Translations under genes and position numbers: made by a program
In this document: in pieces, positions 25,469-40,087 of the stretch
How positions within the stretch are numbered: the first letter of the stretch is position 1
How the letters are laid out: each line of letters starts with the position of its first letter
DNA from: Octopus vulgaris
Lineage: Eukaryota
Direction of reading: 5' to 3'
DNA: 64,000 nucleotides
Assembly (NCBI GenBank): GCA_951406725.2
Contig: OX597814.1
Span: forward strand, 178,188,001-178,252,000
Notes under the pieces: model-generated
Seen by the model: the letters and a program-made list of their open reading frames with translations, nothing else
What the model was told of the DNA's origin: nothing
Databases searched by the model: none

Positions 25469-26721
25469 TCTACACACACACACATATGCATGTATATGTG
25501 TGTGTGTATGTGTATACACTATATGCACATACTTATTCATATGTATATGTATGTGCGTGAGTGTCAAGAAATGAGAATATAACGAAACTTTGTTATATTA
25601 AGGTGTCAAAATATTTAGATTTTCTCATTCTTCCTTTTCTTAAGAACGTCTATTCCTTTAAAATAATATACGTATGCACATCCCTGTTACACGATAGTGA
25701 TTGATCTAACATGACATCCATAATTTGAATGTTTACATTAATTGTAGTTAACGTACGACAATTCTGCACATATGGAAATATGCTTCATGAATACAGTTGC
25801 CTCGATAAAGGCAAGACATCTACGTAGCGCATCACTATGTTCATGTGGAGTGAAACTGACAACCGTGCTAAGATGTATTAACTACTTTCTCAATTCCTTT
25901 TACTCATACCTCATTTGACAAGTCTTTCTAATCTTTCAAAATGCCAGCATTCATAAGTACTTTATATACGGAAGAAGAAAAAAATGATCGAATGGAACTT
26001 ACTGCATATTCCTCATGCATTCAAGCTATAATTTAAATTACTCCGACAACTAACAATTGGATATGTCACTTTAGAAAACCGAGAAGATAAATTTCGTTTA
26101 TGCCTAAGATTTCTAGTTCCGTATTAATTGTTAAAATGATTTAATCAATGGTTGATTTATGTAGGCGTCTTTAAACTTATCTCACGGATCGTTTCAACCT
26201 GAAACATTAAGTATATCGACGATGGGAAGGATGGCTTCCCTTTTCAAATACTTATAGGGCACAGAAAGCGTGTCAATAGCCAACTGGAGAAGATGTTCTT
26301 CTGGGGCCACAAGCTACTGCAGTACCCACCCTTAGTGGTTAGACTCATTTAAGTGGCAAATATGCTTCACATTGTCGTGCAGCTACTGTTTATACCTCGT
26401 TCAAAGATTTATTATTAAGTATATCCTTTATAAAACATTATGTTTTAAAAATGATACACGTGTTTAGAACATTGCCAACATATTTACAGGATAACAGACT
26501 AAGTTATATAGGGGGTATTCTTATAATCGGTTTCATAGGATTAGGATGTGAAGAGTTATTTTACTGAAATTAGAACCATGTAAATAAATCGAAACGACTT
26601 CGTTAAGACTTGAACTTAAAAAGATCAACAAATGGAAGCAAAATATTTGGTCATACATTGTACAGTTTCTGCAAGTCGTTGAGCTTGTATACACGCAAGG
26701 ACGCATGCACACACACACACA

Positions 26722-26787
<66 letters not shown>

Positions 26788-27254
26788 TACATACTTACCC
26801 TCAGACCCCCCCTCATGTATATTTATGCGAGTGAATATAATGATATACAATGCTGATCTATTTTAACTGATTTTTTTACCAATAAGTTTCGTACACGCGA
26901 GCTTCGAGAAAAGAAAACCTAGTTATGACACGTGAAGAAGGCTGGGAGAAAGACTATGGCGTAGGCTATTTTCAACTGCATGTCAAAAAGCGTTATATCC
27001 AGTTTGTGGGTGTTATGAAAAACCGAAATAAAAATGGATGTGAGAGGATTACAAAGGGGAATTTCTTGCAGAGGTACGCACCTTCGACAAGGATCAGATA
27101 ATATCTACACACTGTAGGGGTAAATGCATAGAGAAGGAGAGTACGGCAAGAATGCAGGCGAGATGTGATTAATGTACGTGCTGGAAAAATATGGGATAGG
27201 GAGGGGCGATCAATCTTAAAAGCGTATGGGCTTTTAAAGTATTTTTTATGAATG

Positions 27255-27292
<38 letters not shown>

Positions 27293-27334
27293 TTAACAGA
27301 ATAAGATAAAAGTAAGGCTGTGAAATATTTCAGA

Positions 27335-27412
<78 letters not shown>

Positions 27413-27504
27413 GATAAGAGTGATACATTCATGCATACATACATACATACATACATACATACATACATACATACTAACATTCATACATATATACATATAC
27501 ATCT

Positions 27505-27674
27505 AAGACGGCAATTCATAGAATCGTTAGGCATTTCGTCCATCTTTACATTCTGAATTCAAATTCCGCTGTGAGCGACTTCCTATTTCGTCCACTCGTG
27601 GTCGATAAACTAAGTCCCAGTCGATGGAATCGACTTATACCCTCCCTAGAATTGAGTCAAAATTTGAAACCAAG

Positions 27675-27675
<1 letters not shown>
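27505..27675 (+). mobile_element. Older Nin-like SINE, decayed
   Basis: aagacggcaa...gaattcaaattccgc...gtcgataaactaagtcccag...aaaatttgaaacc. Confidence 0.7.
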
Positions 27676-27723
<48 letters not shown>

Positions 27724-27849
27724 TCTATACACGAGTGGTATGTGCCTTTTACTTACCTTCAAAAAAAAAAAAAAAAAGGAATAGAACACGATAAAGAGTG
27801 ACTAAAGATAACTCCGATGATTTGTTGATGATAAAGAAATAGATTTAGT

Positions 27850-28800
27850 CTATGGAATATTGTGAGCATTTATATATTTTGTAAGTAGACCTAAGCCAAA
27901 AAATGAATGGATGGATGAATATTTGGTGAATACAAACATCACTTGAATAAAGGAGAAAAAAGTGACATAAGTACAAAGTTTAGAAAACTTGGGCACCAAG
28001 CACTATAAACCGTGCAATGAACCTTTGCAGTTAATCAGCTTATTAGTACAATGATGTATGCAGAATACAGTATCATGGTAAATTAGTGTTTGTGATACGA
28101 CGGCTTTCTGTAGAGTTGTTAATCAATTGTACAAACTTTAGTAAATGCAATGTAGACAATCGCTTCTTATCGAACAAGTCAATCAAACATGAATTAATTT
28201 CTAGATGAAACTAAGAAGCCCTGACTTTGAAATGTTATCTTGGTTTTGTTATTGATGCGCGCTTTTTCAAGAAGTACCATCAAAGATTGTAAGATCTGTC
28301 ATGTGTAAGGTTTGTAAAGGTTTTAATACCATTGAAAAATTTCCAAGTGGAGCCTTCTGCCAGAAGAACATATGGTTAACTTCATACTAACATTCTTAAT
28401 GTAGTTAGCCAAAATATTTTAGTTTTGCGCTGCTCATTTGTAGTGGCTGGTATGTAAGTCGTATTGCATGACATATGAAGTTACTGTAACTTACTAAACT
28501 GCGTAGACATGAATCAATTGGCTGATTTGATCAGGGTATTATTCCATTGATGCCTCTAGGCTGACTGGTAAAAGCTATCCAGAACGTCGATGGTTTCTGC
28601 ATAAAGATGTTTTTGTGTATATGTATATGTACGGACAGAATTCTGTGTATTGAAGGCCTAAGACTGTATTGAAGATTGAAGGGAGACCAATTAATATTTA
28701 ACTATATTTAAAGGAGAGAAAATAATCACATATGTTTTCATCAGTGGTACCAACATTAGAATGGGATTAGACAAATCAAGATATTTTTAGAAAGTGGCAA
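27850..28800 (+). mobile_element. Highly decayed CR1/L2-like LINE remnant
   Basis: Ordered weak motifs: MYAE(YADD-like), CYLGFVID, RLKGDQLIF; many stops and frameshifts. Confidence 0.35.
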
Positions 28801-29406
28801 AATACTTATGAACGCGAAATATTATGTTAAACTTAGATGTCACCAGCGTATTAAAAGTGGACTAGTGATGCAGAAATGAAGGAAGAATGAAGTAATATAC
28901 CAACTAAACAAATATGAATAAATATGGACAAACATATCTAAATATTCTAATGTAACTCTAGTGTTTCTATGAATGTGTTTAAGGAGAAAAATAGAAAGAC
29001 AAGCTTAAGCTTCAGTTTCATGTTAAGGAACCAGCAAGAGCGTGTTCAGAAGTGAGCCATTTCAAATGCCATTAACAGATTTATTGTCTCATAGCATACA
29101 ACGAAATATCTAGTCAGAATATATTTCCGAACTTTTACTGAACAATATTTCCGAATCTTTACTTAACAATAAACCATAAGAAGACATATCACAACAGAAC
29201 AACCGTAGTTAACTTCGGGAAGGAACTCGAAGAAAAAAAAACAACAACACAAAAACAAAACAATATAAAAAACGTGCTAAGATTAGAAAATAACAATATC
29301 GGTTAACTTGAATTAATGGCGACACATGACCGTGCTACATAGAGAAAGGCAGTCCTACGAAAGATGAGATTGTTATAGAGCCCTGAAGGAAAATATGTAC
29401 ACAATA

Positions 29407-29900
29407 ATCGACCCCGAAAGGATGAAAAGTAACGTCGACCGCGGCGGAATTTGAACTCAGAACATAGCGGCAGACGAAATACCTATTTCTTTACTATCTA
29501 CAAAGAGCTAAACACAGAGGGTAAAAACAAGGACAGAGAAACGGATTAAGTCGATTACATCGACTCCAGTGCGTGACTGGTACTTAATTTATCGACCCCG
29601 AAAGGATGAAAGGCAAAGTCGACCTCGGCGGAATTTGAACTCAGAACGTAGCGGGAGACGAAATACTTATTTCTTTACTACCCATAAGGGGCTAGACACA
29701 GAGGGGACAAACAAGGACAGACAAACGGATTAAGTCGATTATATCGACCCCAGTGCGTAACTGGTACTAAATTTATCGACCCCGAAAGGGTGAAAGGCAA
29801 AGTCGACCTCGGCGGAATTTGAACTCAGAACGTAACGGAAGACGAAATACGGCTACGCATTTCGCCTGGCGTTGTAACGATTCTGTCAGCTCGTTGCCTT
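29407..29900 (-). mobile_element. Nin-like SINE tandem array (head + 2 full units + partial third)
   Basis: Junctions at about 29666 and 29482 have the same gaaata(g/a)|gtatttcgtc register. Confidence 0.92.
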
Positions 29901-30059
29901 AACAACAACAACAACAACAGCAGCAGCAGCAGCAGCAACAACAACAACAAGAAAAAGAAAAGAAGAAGAAAAAGGAAAGAAGAAAGAAGAAGAAGAAGAA
30001 GAAATCTCATTATAATTATAACAAAACAATTATGATAAATTTATGGCAAATTTATCTAA

Positions 30060-30400
30060 ACATGTACAAACTATGCTACAAGACAACGAAAGAGACAATA
30101 ATGTGGAACGTGTTAGTCCAGGCTGTCAAGAAGAACAAGACAAACATATCAGATATAATTATCAAAAAACAATGTATTATCCAGAAGGAGGCAAAGAAAA
30201 CGCCAAACTGTAATGTTCATCAAACTAAAATAAGCAGGATGTGTGACTGTGTGGGAAGTAAAAGGAATAACTGGAATAATATGTACTACAGAGGAGAAAA
30301 TGAACGAAATGATAAAATGTGCTACCGGGAATCATATCTGTGCAAAATGCTATCCCTGCTAGGCACACATCACGCTCATAGAGCATATATTACAAGCTCT
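30060..30400 (+). mobile_element. Decayed R4/Dong-type RLE domain fragment
   Basis: KETIMWNVLVQ...KTNISDIIIK (cf. ILWD..I.TD..I.ANRPDIVV), KISRMC and LLGTHHAHRA (cf. LLGTAHILRR). Confidence 0.65.
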
Positions 30401-31664
30401 GTGTGTAATACATGCATTAAATATTCAAAGTGTAATAAAATAGCAATAATAAGAATAAAGCATAATTCGCTAGGAACAATAACTGACACAGTGTATAAAT
30501 AAATATACATAACTACAAGGCAATGTAAAACGAATCTCAGGGATACGGAAGTGTGTCTCGTGGTGCGTTAGAAATTCGCATGAATCACCCGAAGACATGA
30601 CAGCAACAATATTAACAATAATAATATTAGTGATACTAATTAATATCATTATGACAATAACAATGATGATGACGCCAATGATGAACGTGATAGAGAGTGT
30701 GACGATGACGACGTCGCTGATAATGATATTTTCTGATATTAAAAATTATTAGTTTTACTTGACACAGGGATATCAAATGAGGGATACCTTACGAGATGAG
30801 TTTACCAGTTTACTACTTCTGTGTGTGTGTGTGTGTGTGTGGGAGGGGGATATCCATAAAATATGGTGGGAAATAAAGGAAAAGGAGGATGAAATGATTA
30901 TATATTTGTTTTGCAAGATTTTCGATGTGAAATCGTGTCTTGAAACAGTTATTGTTGTATTTAGGAATGGTCATTTTGCGGTCACAGGAGTGTTGCGAAA
31001 GAACTCTGGCCGAAATAAGATTAAGATAAATGTAAAAAATAAATAACGTTGAGGCAAAGTAACACCAAATATATAGAGCGTGTGTTTTTTATTGGTTAAA
31101 CTGGCAAAATGACCATTCCTAAATACAACAATAAAGTATGAAATGAGTTAAAATTATATATGTTATATAAAATATGTGAACTCAACGATGATACAGTCCT
31201 CCATATACAGTGCATCCCTGTAGAGCTAATCATGGAATCCCACACATCTTGGATCACCCTGACCACCAACGGCGCAATCCAATGTTCACTTCTGAATTTC
31301 AATCTACAAGCTCAAGCTTAATATAGTTTCATTCACCACAACAATTTTTGCTACGGTCGACCAACATTTTGCAAATTCATTCAGATGTCGCTGCCGTCTA
31401 CACACTCAATTTGCTTTCCAACAGAAATGTAAATAGTCGACGAGCGTTTGTCCAAATCGGAACGTGTCTTTCCTCAGTTATTTCAGTCACATCCATCACG
31501 CCACCTCTTTCACTAAAGCCACAAGTCAAGGGACACCACCTGTTATGCTTCGTTCAAAATAGGCGCTGGGTGGGCGGATACTCATGATAGATTCAGACGA
31601 TAGTCGGTTTCGTTCTTTACGCGGCAAAAGCTGTTCGACATAATTACATAACTCAGCAATGCTC

Positions 31665-31750
31665 AGACTGGTAGTCATTACGGGTATACTCGGCTTCGTA
31701 TATTTTACCCCAGTGTCACTTTGATGGCATGTACTGCTCTCCCACTCAAT
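31665..31750 (+). mobile_element. Probable non-LTR retroelement 3' end running into an (AAT)n tail
   Basis: cagactggtagtcatt...ccccagtgtcactttgatggcatgtactgctctcccactc joins directly to aataataat; recalled as a repeat 3' UTR, not verified. Confidence 0.45.
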
Positions 31751-32297
31751 AATAATAATAATAATAACATTAATGATGATGATGATTATAATAATATTAA
31801 TGATGATGATAATAATATTAATGATGATGATGATGATAATAATAATAATATTAATGATGATGATGATAATAATAATAATATTAATGATGATGATGCTAAT
31901 AATAATAATATTAATGATGATAATAATAATAATAATATTAATGATGATGATGCTAATAATAATAATATTAATGATGATGATGCTAATAATAATAATATTA
32001 ATGATGATAATAATAATAATAATATTAATGATGATGATGATAATGATAATAATATTAATGATGATGATGCTAATAATAATAATCTTAATGATGATGATGC
32101 TACTAATAATAATCTTAATGATGATGATGCTAATAATAATAATATTAATGATGATAATAATAATAATAATAATATTAATAATGATGATGATGATAATAAT
32201 AATATTAATGTTGGTGATGATAATAATAATATTAATGATGATGATGATAATAATATTAATGATGATGATGATAATAACAATATTAATGATGATGATG

Positions 32298-32343
<46 letters not shown>

Positions 32344-32365
32344 TAATAATAATAATAGTAATAGT
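31748..32365. repeat. AAT/GAT trinucleotide satellite with higher-order units
   Basis: Recurrent ATT-AAT-(GAT)n-[GCT]-(AAT)n blocks; source of the poly-N/D, poly-M/I and poly-L/S ORFs. Confidence 0.95.
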
Positions 32366-33974
32366 GACAGTCTGTAGACTGTTTTACCGTGGATATCATG
32401 ACAACGGGAGTAATGAACGCCAAAAGAATTAATTAATATGACAGGCGTCGGGAAATATATAATTAAAAAGTATCAGCAACCATTGAAGCATATTAAAATG
32501 TAATTTGTATATTACTATCATGTTTCTGAACAAAAAATAAGAAGAGCTTTCAGGTAGATTCTGTGAAAATAATAAACAGGGATGGAATGTATTTGTAATA
32601 CAAGATAAGATAACCCTTTGGCAAATCTATTATGATAAATCGTGCATATAGATATTACCATTTCATCGAAATCTTGAAATGGTTTATTATTACTAACAAT
32701 TTTGTTCTAGCGATGCCAGAAGCAATTCTTTAGTGGAGAGATAATTCAATACAAGTGGCCAATATATGATATTTCTAGCAGTTAACGGTGGTATATTCCA
32801 ATGGGAAGCATTCCATTATAAATGATTGGAAATCTTGATTTGAAACATCCCAACCAGAACATGTGTTCTTGGACGAAATCTGACTCCACGCTAGGAACGG
32901 GCAACATATTATTATGATTTAGAGTCAATCCATGTTTATTCTGAAGAATATCGAACAGTTTGAAATATTCCTCGTTAGCAATGAATTACAGTATTGTATG
33001 TTACTGAATTGCTATTGAATATGATCAGTCGATAAAATATTTCATATTAAAGAAGAGGAGTATGGACCTAAATGAAACATAGCGTGCAACAAAACAAAAT
33101 TTGAAGAACTATCTTTAAATATAATGATAGAACTAACTTTCTTGATTCAGTAAAAACCAATATCTCACTGGATAAAAATGGAAATACTTATGTTACCTAG
33201 CTCTTCTGGAATCACTAAGCAGAGTATGTCGGTTTTCATTCACCTGTTGACGTAATTCGTATTTATATGCCCAGATAACTCGATGAAAGATTTTGATTTA
33301 ATGAGGAAACTAAATAAATTTCAAATTAATTTCTCTTAGATTTAAGTGCTTCTAAGTATGTAAAGTTTAGAGTGATAGAGATAAATTATTCTGAACGCCA
33401 TGGTGATAATATAGATTAATTAGCATATGAAAATCAAAAGAAAGTAAACATCCGTCACTCTGAAAATTGGTACGAAAATATAATTGAAAGACTTGAAAGC
33501 CAGAGCTGAAGTAATATAATACTTTCTAAATGAACATCCAAAGCGCTGGAAATGTTCTGAGATATTTAGTTCTGTTTTATATTCCGAGTTCAGGTTCAAC
33601 TTCTATTTTCATGCACATGAAGTTTCATAAAATAGGTATTGGGTTGAAATATGTATTTTAAATAATTTATTCTACTTCTAAAATACGTGTACACTGATAC
33701 TTTTGTGTTAGACATCATTAGTGCTGAACATCATTATTATAGAAAAACACTATAGCCCGAATAACACATGACCTAAGACCTCAAAGAAGAAGGACATGTT
33801 TTGTAGTCAATGCTCTCATTTCCCCCCAAATATTTGTGAGATTGACTAAAATTTCAAGCATTACATGATCTTTCGAAACAAGTAGAAAAAGACCGATATA
33901 TAGGTCTTGGAACTGATATATCGCAATTTTAAAACGAAAATGTATAAACGTACACCACTCAAAATGCAAAGAAA

Positions 33975-34800
33975 GGAGGTGCGTTCCAAGAGTTTCGAGA
34001 CATTTTTAGCAGAGACACTTACAACTGCCCTAAACTTTTGTAATTTTAGCATATCATTTCTGCACATATAATAACCTGACCTGCCAACTTTTGTTATTTG
34101 AGATAGAAGGCGACGGCTGTAGCAGGACTTTGAATACAACTTACTAAACATCGCTTGTCACAACTGGCTGTTTTCAGAATGGATTCGGGTTGTGAAGACA
34201 ATTTGGAAACTCGCTGTGTAATGACGTTTTATGCTAAACTAAGCAAAATCGCCGCAGAAAATTGTGAAATGGTTCAGACAACTTATGAATTAACTTATGT
34301 GATCCGAGCATCTGTTTTGCGCTGGTACAAGAGGTCAGGCAGAGCAAGTTCACCGGGAAGGTCATGATGATCACCTTTTTACATCCAGTGGGTTTCCTAT
34401 TGTGAGATGGTCAACAAGGAACTTTTGTAGATGTTTTCAGGGAGTGATCAGAGTACCTGATACAGGGCAAGGTACCAGGCCACAATTCCATCCTGGTAAC
34501 CATCTTCTTAACAGAGATGGGCATCAAAATTATCCCTCACCCTCCCTAAAATCCAGGAGATGTTTCCTGTGGCTTTTGGTTGTTCCCCAAGCGGAAAAAG
34601 AGAAGGAGACCTGTGACAAGGGTCCTGGACACCTTCACTTTGGAAGACTTCCAAAAGGTCTGAAAGAAGTGGCTAGACTTCTACAAGTGCATTGGAGTTA
34701 GGGAATCCTACTTTAAATGATATTAGAGTTTTGTTTTTACTCCTTTGAAATCAATAAATATCTCCTAAAAAGTCTTAAACCTTCTAGAGTGTTCCGACAA
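33975..34800 (+). mobile_element. Decayed, internally deleted mariner transposon
   Basis: LETRCVMTFYAKLSK...RASVLRWYKR (N-terminal HTH), RQSKFTGKVMMI, HNSILVT..LTEMGIKIIPHLP, CGFWLFPK, YKCIGV..SYF; degenerate TIRs. Confidence 0.85.
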
Positions 34801-35271
34801 CTGTTTACACTAGAATGCACAAATTTGGAGCCTCTGATTATTAAATGTGATTGAAGCACATTGTTTTTCTTTCTTTCTTTCTTTTATGAATATCGTAGTT
34901 CCACCGAATAATAAATGATAAAATGTATGTAAATGATATTTAATACAAATACATAAGTTATAACAATTCTTATATGATAATTACTGATGTTTCATTGTAG
35001 CTATGCATACCAATTTCCGAATACATAAATTTATCATTTATTTATTGAATACCTTCAATTTAGTTCTTACTTAAATCTGACAAGTAGTCATGTTAAGAAT
35101 AGACTTTAAAACTTGATAGGTCTGTAGTATTTCAAAGGTGATTATTCATGGATAGTTACATAATTTTGAATGCCAATAGCGAATTAGATAGCGCTAGTTG
35201 CTTGTCAAACATAAAAATAACAGGTGGAAAGGTAAATATTTTGTGTTATGTTAATATTTATATAAATAAAG

Positions 35272-35740
35272 AAGGCGGAGAGCTGGCAAATTCGTTAGCA
35301 TGCCGGTTAAAATGTTTAGCGGCATTTCATCCAACTGAATTCAAATACTGCCGGAGAACTACTTTGTCCTTCATCCTCATCCTTCGGAGTTGATAAAATA
35401 AAGCACCAGTTAAAAACCACGGGTCGATGTAATGGACGAGTCCCCTCATCTAAAATGGCTGACCTTGTGCAAAAATTAGAAAGCAATATGTAAAAACTAC
35501 GGGGAAGGCAGTGAGAAGGCTGAATCGTTAGCACTCCGGCCACACTGCTTAGTAGCATTTCCTCCGTCTGAGTTTAAATTCTTCCGAAATCGACTTTGCC
35601 TTTCATCCTTCCGAAGTCGACTTTGCCTTTCCTCATTCCGGGGTCGATAAAATAAGTACCAGTTAAACAGTGAGATCAATGTTATTGACTTATGCCCATC
35701 TCCGAAATTGCTGGCTTTGTGCCGAAATCTGAAACCAATA
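35272..35740 (+). mobile_element. Two adjacent older Nin-like SINEs, each with its own head
   Basis: Heads at about 35272 and 35505; short-tail ends at about 35490 and 35738. Confidence 0.8.
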
Positions 35741-38281
35741 TCTAAATAACAATATTAACAAATTACACGCAAATGGAATAAGATTATTTTAAAATGTTTA
35801 TAGTAATACTTCAAATTTCTGTCACTTTGAAAAATACATATTTCCAGTTACCTAATAATGATTCATTACATAGGACCAAGAAAAGATATTTAATGGGGAA
35901 AAGCAGTTGACGTGACTGAACCAGGTACCTGGCTGTTTCTTAAATTCAGAAGAATGAATGGCAGAGTTAATCCCGCTAGAATTTAAACACAACATAAATG
36001 AACATAACTACATATTCACTGATACGTTTTCCCATCCTACTACGTTTGAGATATTCACCGTTTCTATTGTTTTTCGCAGAATCATTTACCAAAGAATAAC
36101 AAATAACATCCAAGGAAAATGACACCGGTAGAATCTATTAGCTGATTTATATTATAGTGATACAAGGTTTTAAGCTTTATTTTATTAAAATTGAATTGAT
36201 AAGCATCAAAGAGTAAAATGAAACTTTCTGAATTGAGCCAGGCCCACAATCAGGCTTCTGTTCCAAGTTGTAATTTGCTATCTATTACGCATCTTTTGCT
36301 TGTAAAATTGCTATTAACTCCATAGCCTTGAGTAACAAAAGATTTTGACACATTTGTGACATTGTGAGAATCACAAATTTTATATAATAAAACGTTAAGA
36401 AATAGGAAGTATTTTATGATGGTAGGTGGGCGGCTACGTATATTACCTCAGAATATGTCTGAAATCGCTTTGTTTAATTTTTGTTTTCTGTGTCCTTCTG
36501 ATGTGATTAACCCAGATTTCTAACGTCTGTTATTAAATCGGGAACAAAGTTCGGCACACAACAAATTTCTATAATGAATGTAGCATTTCGATGCATCAAA
36601 AATATAATTAGTTTGATATCGATCTCTTCAGGATTAAGCTAAAACCTATTGATCGATCACAGTCAAACGACGAGTCGAATAGTATTCCTGGTATTTAGGT
36701 AGGTGCTTCATTTACATAATTTCTAATGAAAAGATGGCATTGAATCTAGACATCAACACAAATTGAATTGAATTTAAATATGGTACCACCTACTTTCAAC
36801 CAGGTTGAGTGAAGAGCTATAAGATAAGTAGTGTTGGAAACGAGAATAATATTCATTGGTGAATCTCGTTTACTAGCATATTGTTTAAAAAATAAACTTT
36901 CTTAGTTTCGAAGGAATATATTAGTCTTATGATCATTCAAACTTAAATTTAAATTTACATAAAAATGGAAGAGCTCTTCATTAAAAGCAACTACAAGTTT
37001 ATTATGCACGTAACATGTTAGAGAAACTATGTGAAAGTAGATAAGTATCGAAAGAAATAAGTTTCGAAATTTATGTTCACAGAATCTGCAACAACTAATC
37101 AATGAATGCTGAAATTGGAACATTTTGCTCGCTTCATTTAAATGCAGCAGCAGACTTTTTCATAGTAGTTATGTTTCCATCAACTGATCTAATTCTTGTA
37201 TACGGTTGATCGAGCCAGCAATAACGGCTTGTATGCCAGAAATTTACTTTAGACGTTCGGAGAGACGAATGCAGTAGATCGTTTTAACAGATAATAGAAA
37301 TAACTAATGAGTCTTTGTGGCTGATTCCCATAAATTGATATACGAACATGAGGTATAGCATAAAATACACATTTTCCCAACCGGCTACTGCAATAAAGAG
37401 ATCAGCGATGTTCATTAATGAATCATCAGAACAATTAACTTCAGCGGGTAACGAAGAAATGTGAATTCTGACATTCATACTTCTGTTAAATGGTTATGGA
37501 CACGGAGTTGAATAGGGTTAAAATATCGAACAGACACTTTTGCCATTCTACTTGTGGATTGTGATGTTAGTTCTTGTCTGCAACACAGAGCTGCATCTGA
37601 ATTGAACACACTTTACACTTCATGCATTTGCTTCTTCAACGAAGTATGAACAAACGCAATTAACGAATAGATCGACAGCATAACTTCGGATGGAAGTGTA
37701 AATTGTGAGCATATAGTAGAATTCTAGACAAATGTTAGATTTGCTTATATGCTTATATGAGAGCTGGAGCAATATTGGAATTCAGACGATAGCTGATGAT
37801 TATTAATAAATTTTATGAAACTGAAAAGTGAATTTATATTAAAACATATGTTGGATTCCAATATACTTTGAAAACAAAGGATACACACAAAGTGGGAAAA
37901 AAAGAGTAAAGAAGATAGATGAGAAAGAGAAAAGGAAGGTGAGATATTGAAAGAGAAACTCTGAGTATAGAACACTAAAGATATTACAAATATAACAATT
38001 CAGATTTCTTGTTTAATAAATAAAATAAGCTACATTAAATCTTATAATGTTATCATTCAAGTTTTCTATATGTGTTTCTAGCAATTTGCTATGAAATTAA
38101 ATAAAGAATCGGAAATATATTATATTTATTGAATGCAATTTAGAGAGAAACTTCCAAACATTTGGTATATTCTGATGTGTAATTGGCACTTGAAAAGGCA
38201 GGAGCGAAAGATATTTGCAAGTAAAGTACTTTCGATGGTACATAGAAATCAGTCATAAATCACACACACACACACACACAC

Positions 38282-38342
<61 letters not shown>

Positions 38343-38356
38343 ATATATATATATGT

Positions 38357-38570
38357 ATACGAGAAATCAAAAGTTATCCGTGTTTTCGCCATAACATATT
38401 TTTATTATTGTCACACTGCCTTCTGCGCATGCGTACTTATAGTTGGTACTATTCTGATCACGTGATTGAAGTTTGAGCCTGATCGCGTCATCTTTATTTC
38501 TGGCTCTTCAGTGTAAGCTCCACTAGCAATGGGCACCAAAGAAGAACAAAGAGCAGTGATCCGAGAGATG
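38357..38570 (+). mobile_element. Mariner 5' fragment fused to a SINE tail (38571-38655)
   Basis: A TIR-like start ta-cgaga...tcaaaagttatccg, then ATG GGC ACC AAA GAA GAA CAA AGA GCA GTG ATC CGA (MGTKEEQRAVIR, a mariner N-terminus). Confidence 0.65.
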
Positions 38571-39332
38571 GTAAATTAAGCACCAGTTGCGTATTGGGGT
38601 CGATCTAATCGCCTCCCCCAAAATTTCGGGCCTTGCGCCGAGCGGAGAAAGGAATATGTGTGTGTGTGTATGTGTGTCGGGAGGGAGGATGTTTGGTAGG
38701 ATCGTGTTCATGTGTGTAAGTGTGTTCGTGTAAACGCATGTACCCGAATTTTTAATATAGTCAGGTAAACAAGAATAACGTTTGACAATGTAAAAATGTG
38801 TAAAGGAAAGAATGTTACTATTGATATGAATAACAACTCCCGGCAAATATGCTTTCTACAGAAACTATTCCGTAACGACTTGGAAACGTAGGATATCAAT
38901 ATAAAAGGAAGTGGCAGTGTGAAACTAAAGAGCCCCTGCTCTGTAAAAGAAGCAACGCAATTTCTTGATGACATGATTTAGTATAAGTGACCAAACGTGT
39001 GGATAATTCGGTTTGCTTTTAATTGTTTCATTAATCGTTAATTACCAATTTCATCTATTTTGGCAAAGCACGGATGTTATGGAAATGGGAACCTACGCCT
39101 CATTGAAAGACTTGCTAGAAATAGTAAGCAACCTATACATTCTTCTTATTATCGTCCTCATTAACGTTTTATTCATTCAGGTTAGTATTTGATTTAAGTT
39201 TCGCTGCTTATGTGACGGGCTTTTTCTCAACGACTGCATTCAATTCACCGGCGATTTTCAATACCAGGACTTTCTAGTCTTAGAAAAAGCATAGGTATTG
39301 AATTATAGAAATATGTTAAAACTGCCTTTCAT

Positions 39333-39377
<45 letters not shown>

Positions 39378-39385
39378 TATATATA

Positions 39386-39636
39386 CTAGCAGTATCGCCC
39401 GCCGTTGGGGTTTGTTTAGACCCTTTAGAATTGGAATTTTTGAAAAGTAAAAATTTGGCAGTATGTAGCTTGTGAAATACACCGAAAAATGGCGACACAG
39501 CAGTCAAAACATCGTAAAAAATAAAGATTTTCATAGAAAAAAGGCACCTTTTTGATGTAAATAATTTTGGGTGTTAACATGGTCTGATTTGAATTTTTTC
39601 TTCTACGGAAGGAAGAGTTAGCCTTCTTCTATTATA

Positions 39637-39680
<44 letters not shown>

Positions 39681-40087
39681 TACGAAAAAACCCTCCAGGC
39701 TACATCCCGAAAATTCATTTCTTTGCCGAATTTTTACAATATTTACGGTGATTCGTTTTTATATCTTGATTTTTTATTTTTCAAGCAATTTACGCATGCT
39801 TGCACGCGTGGTGAACACAGTTCACGTGAAACAGCTGACTGAGTAAAGTTCACTATTAAATGCATGGGATAAGGCCTAAACAAACACATTATCGATTTTT
39901 GCATTTGCGAGATGAATTTCTGAACAGAAATAGCGCAGTTCAATTTTCATTCGCCTAAACTTTAAGTGACCCATTTTTGGCGGTTCTACGATTTGTTGGC
40001 TAGGAGGAGATGTGCCGGGAAGTTAAACACACAGACACATACACAAATACACACACAGACACACAAGTTGAGTTTTATATATATAGA
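39386..40087 (-). mobile_element. Non-autonomous Helitron (possibly composite, with internal (TA)n)
   Basis: 5' a|TCTATATATATAAAACT at 40087; 3' ...cgggcgatactgCTAG|t at 39386, preceded by a GC-rich hairpin-like segment. Confidence 0.7.

Noticed and set aside
20910-26800. Isolated minus-strand donor consensus sites at about 20918 and 26797
   Set aside because: No paired acceptor nearby; a few such sites are expected by chance in 64 kb of AT-rich DNA.
32560-37740. Faint CR1-like motifs at 32560-33450 (+) and 36300-37740 (-)
   Set aside because: Only isolated 4-6 residue resemblances; cannot be supported without a profile search.
38415-38470. NRF1-like tgcgcatgcg and E-box cacgtg suggesting a host promoter
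   Set aside because: They lie inside the 5' region of a mariner fragment.
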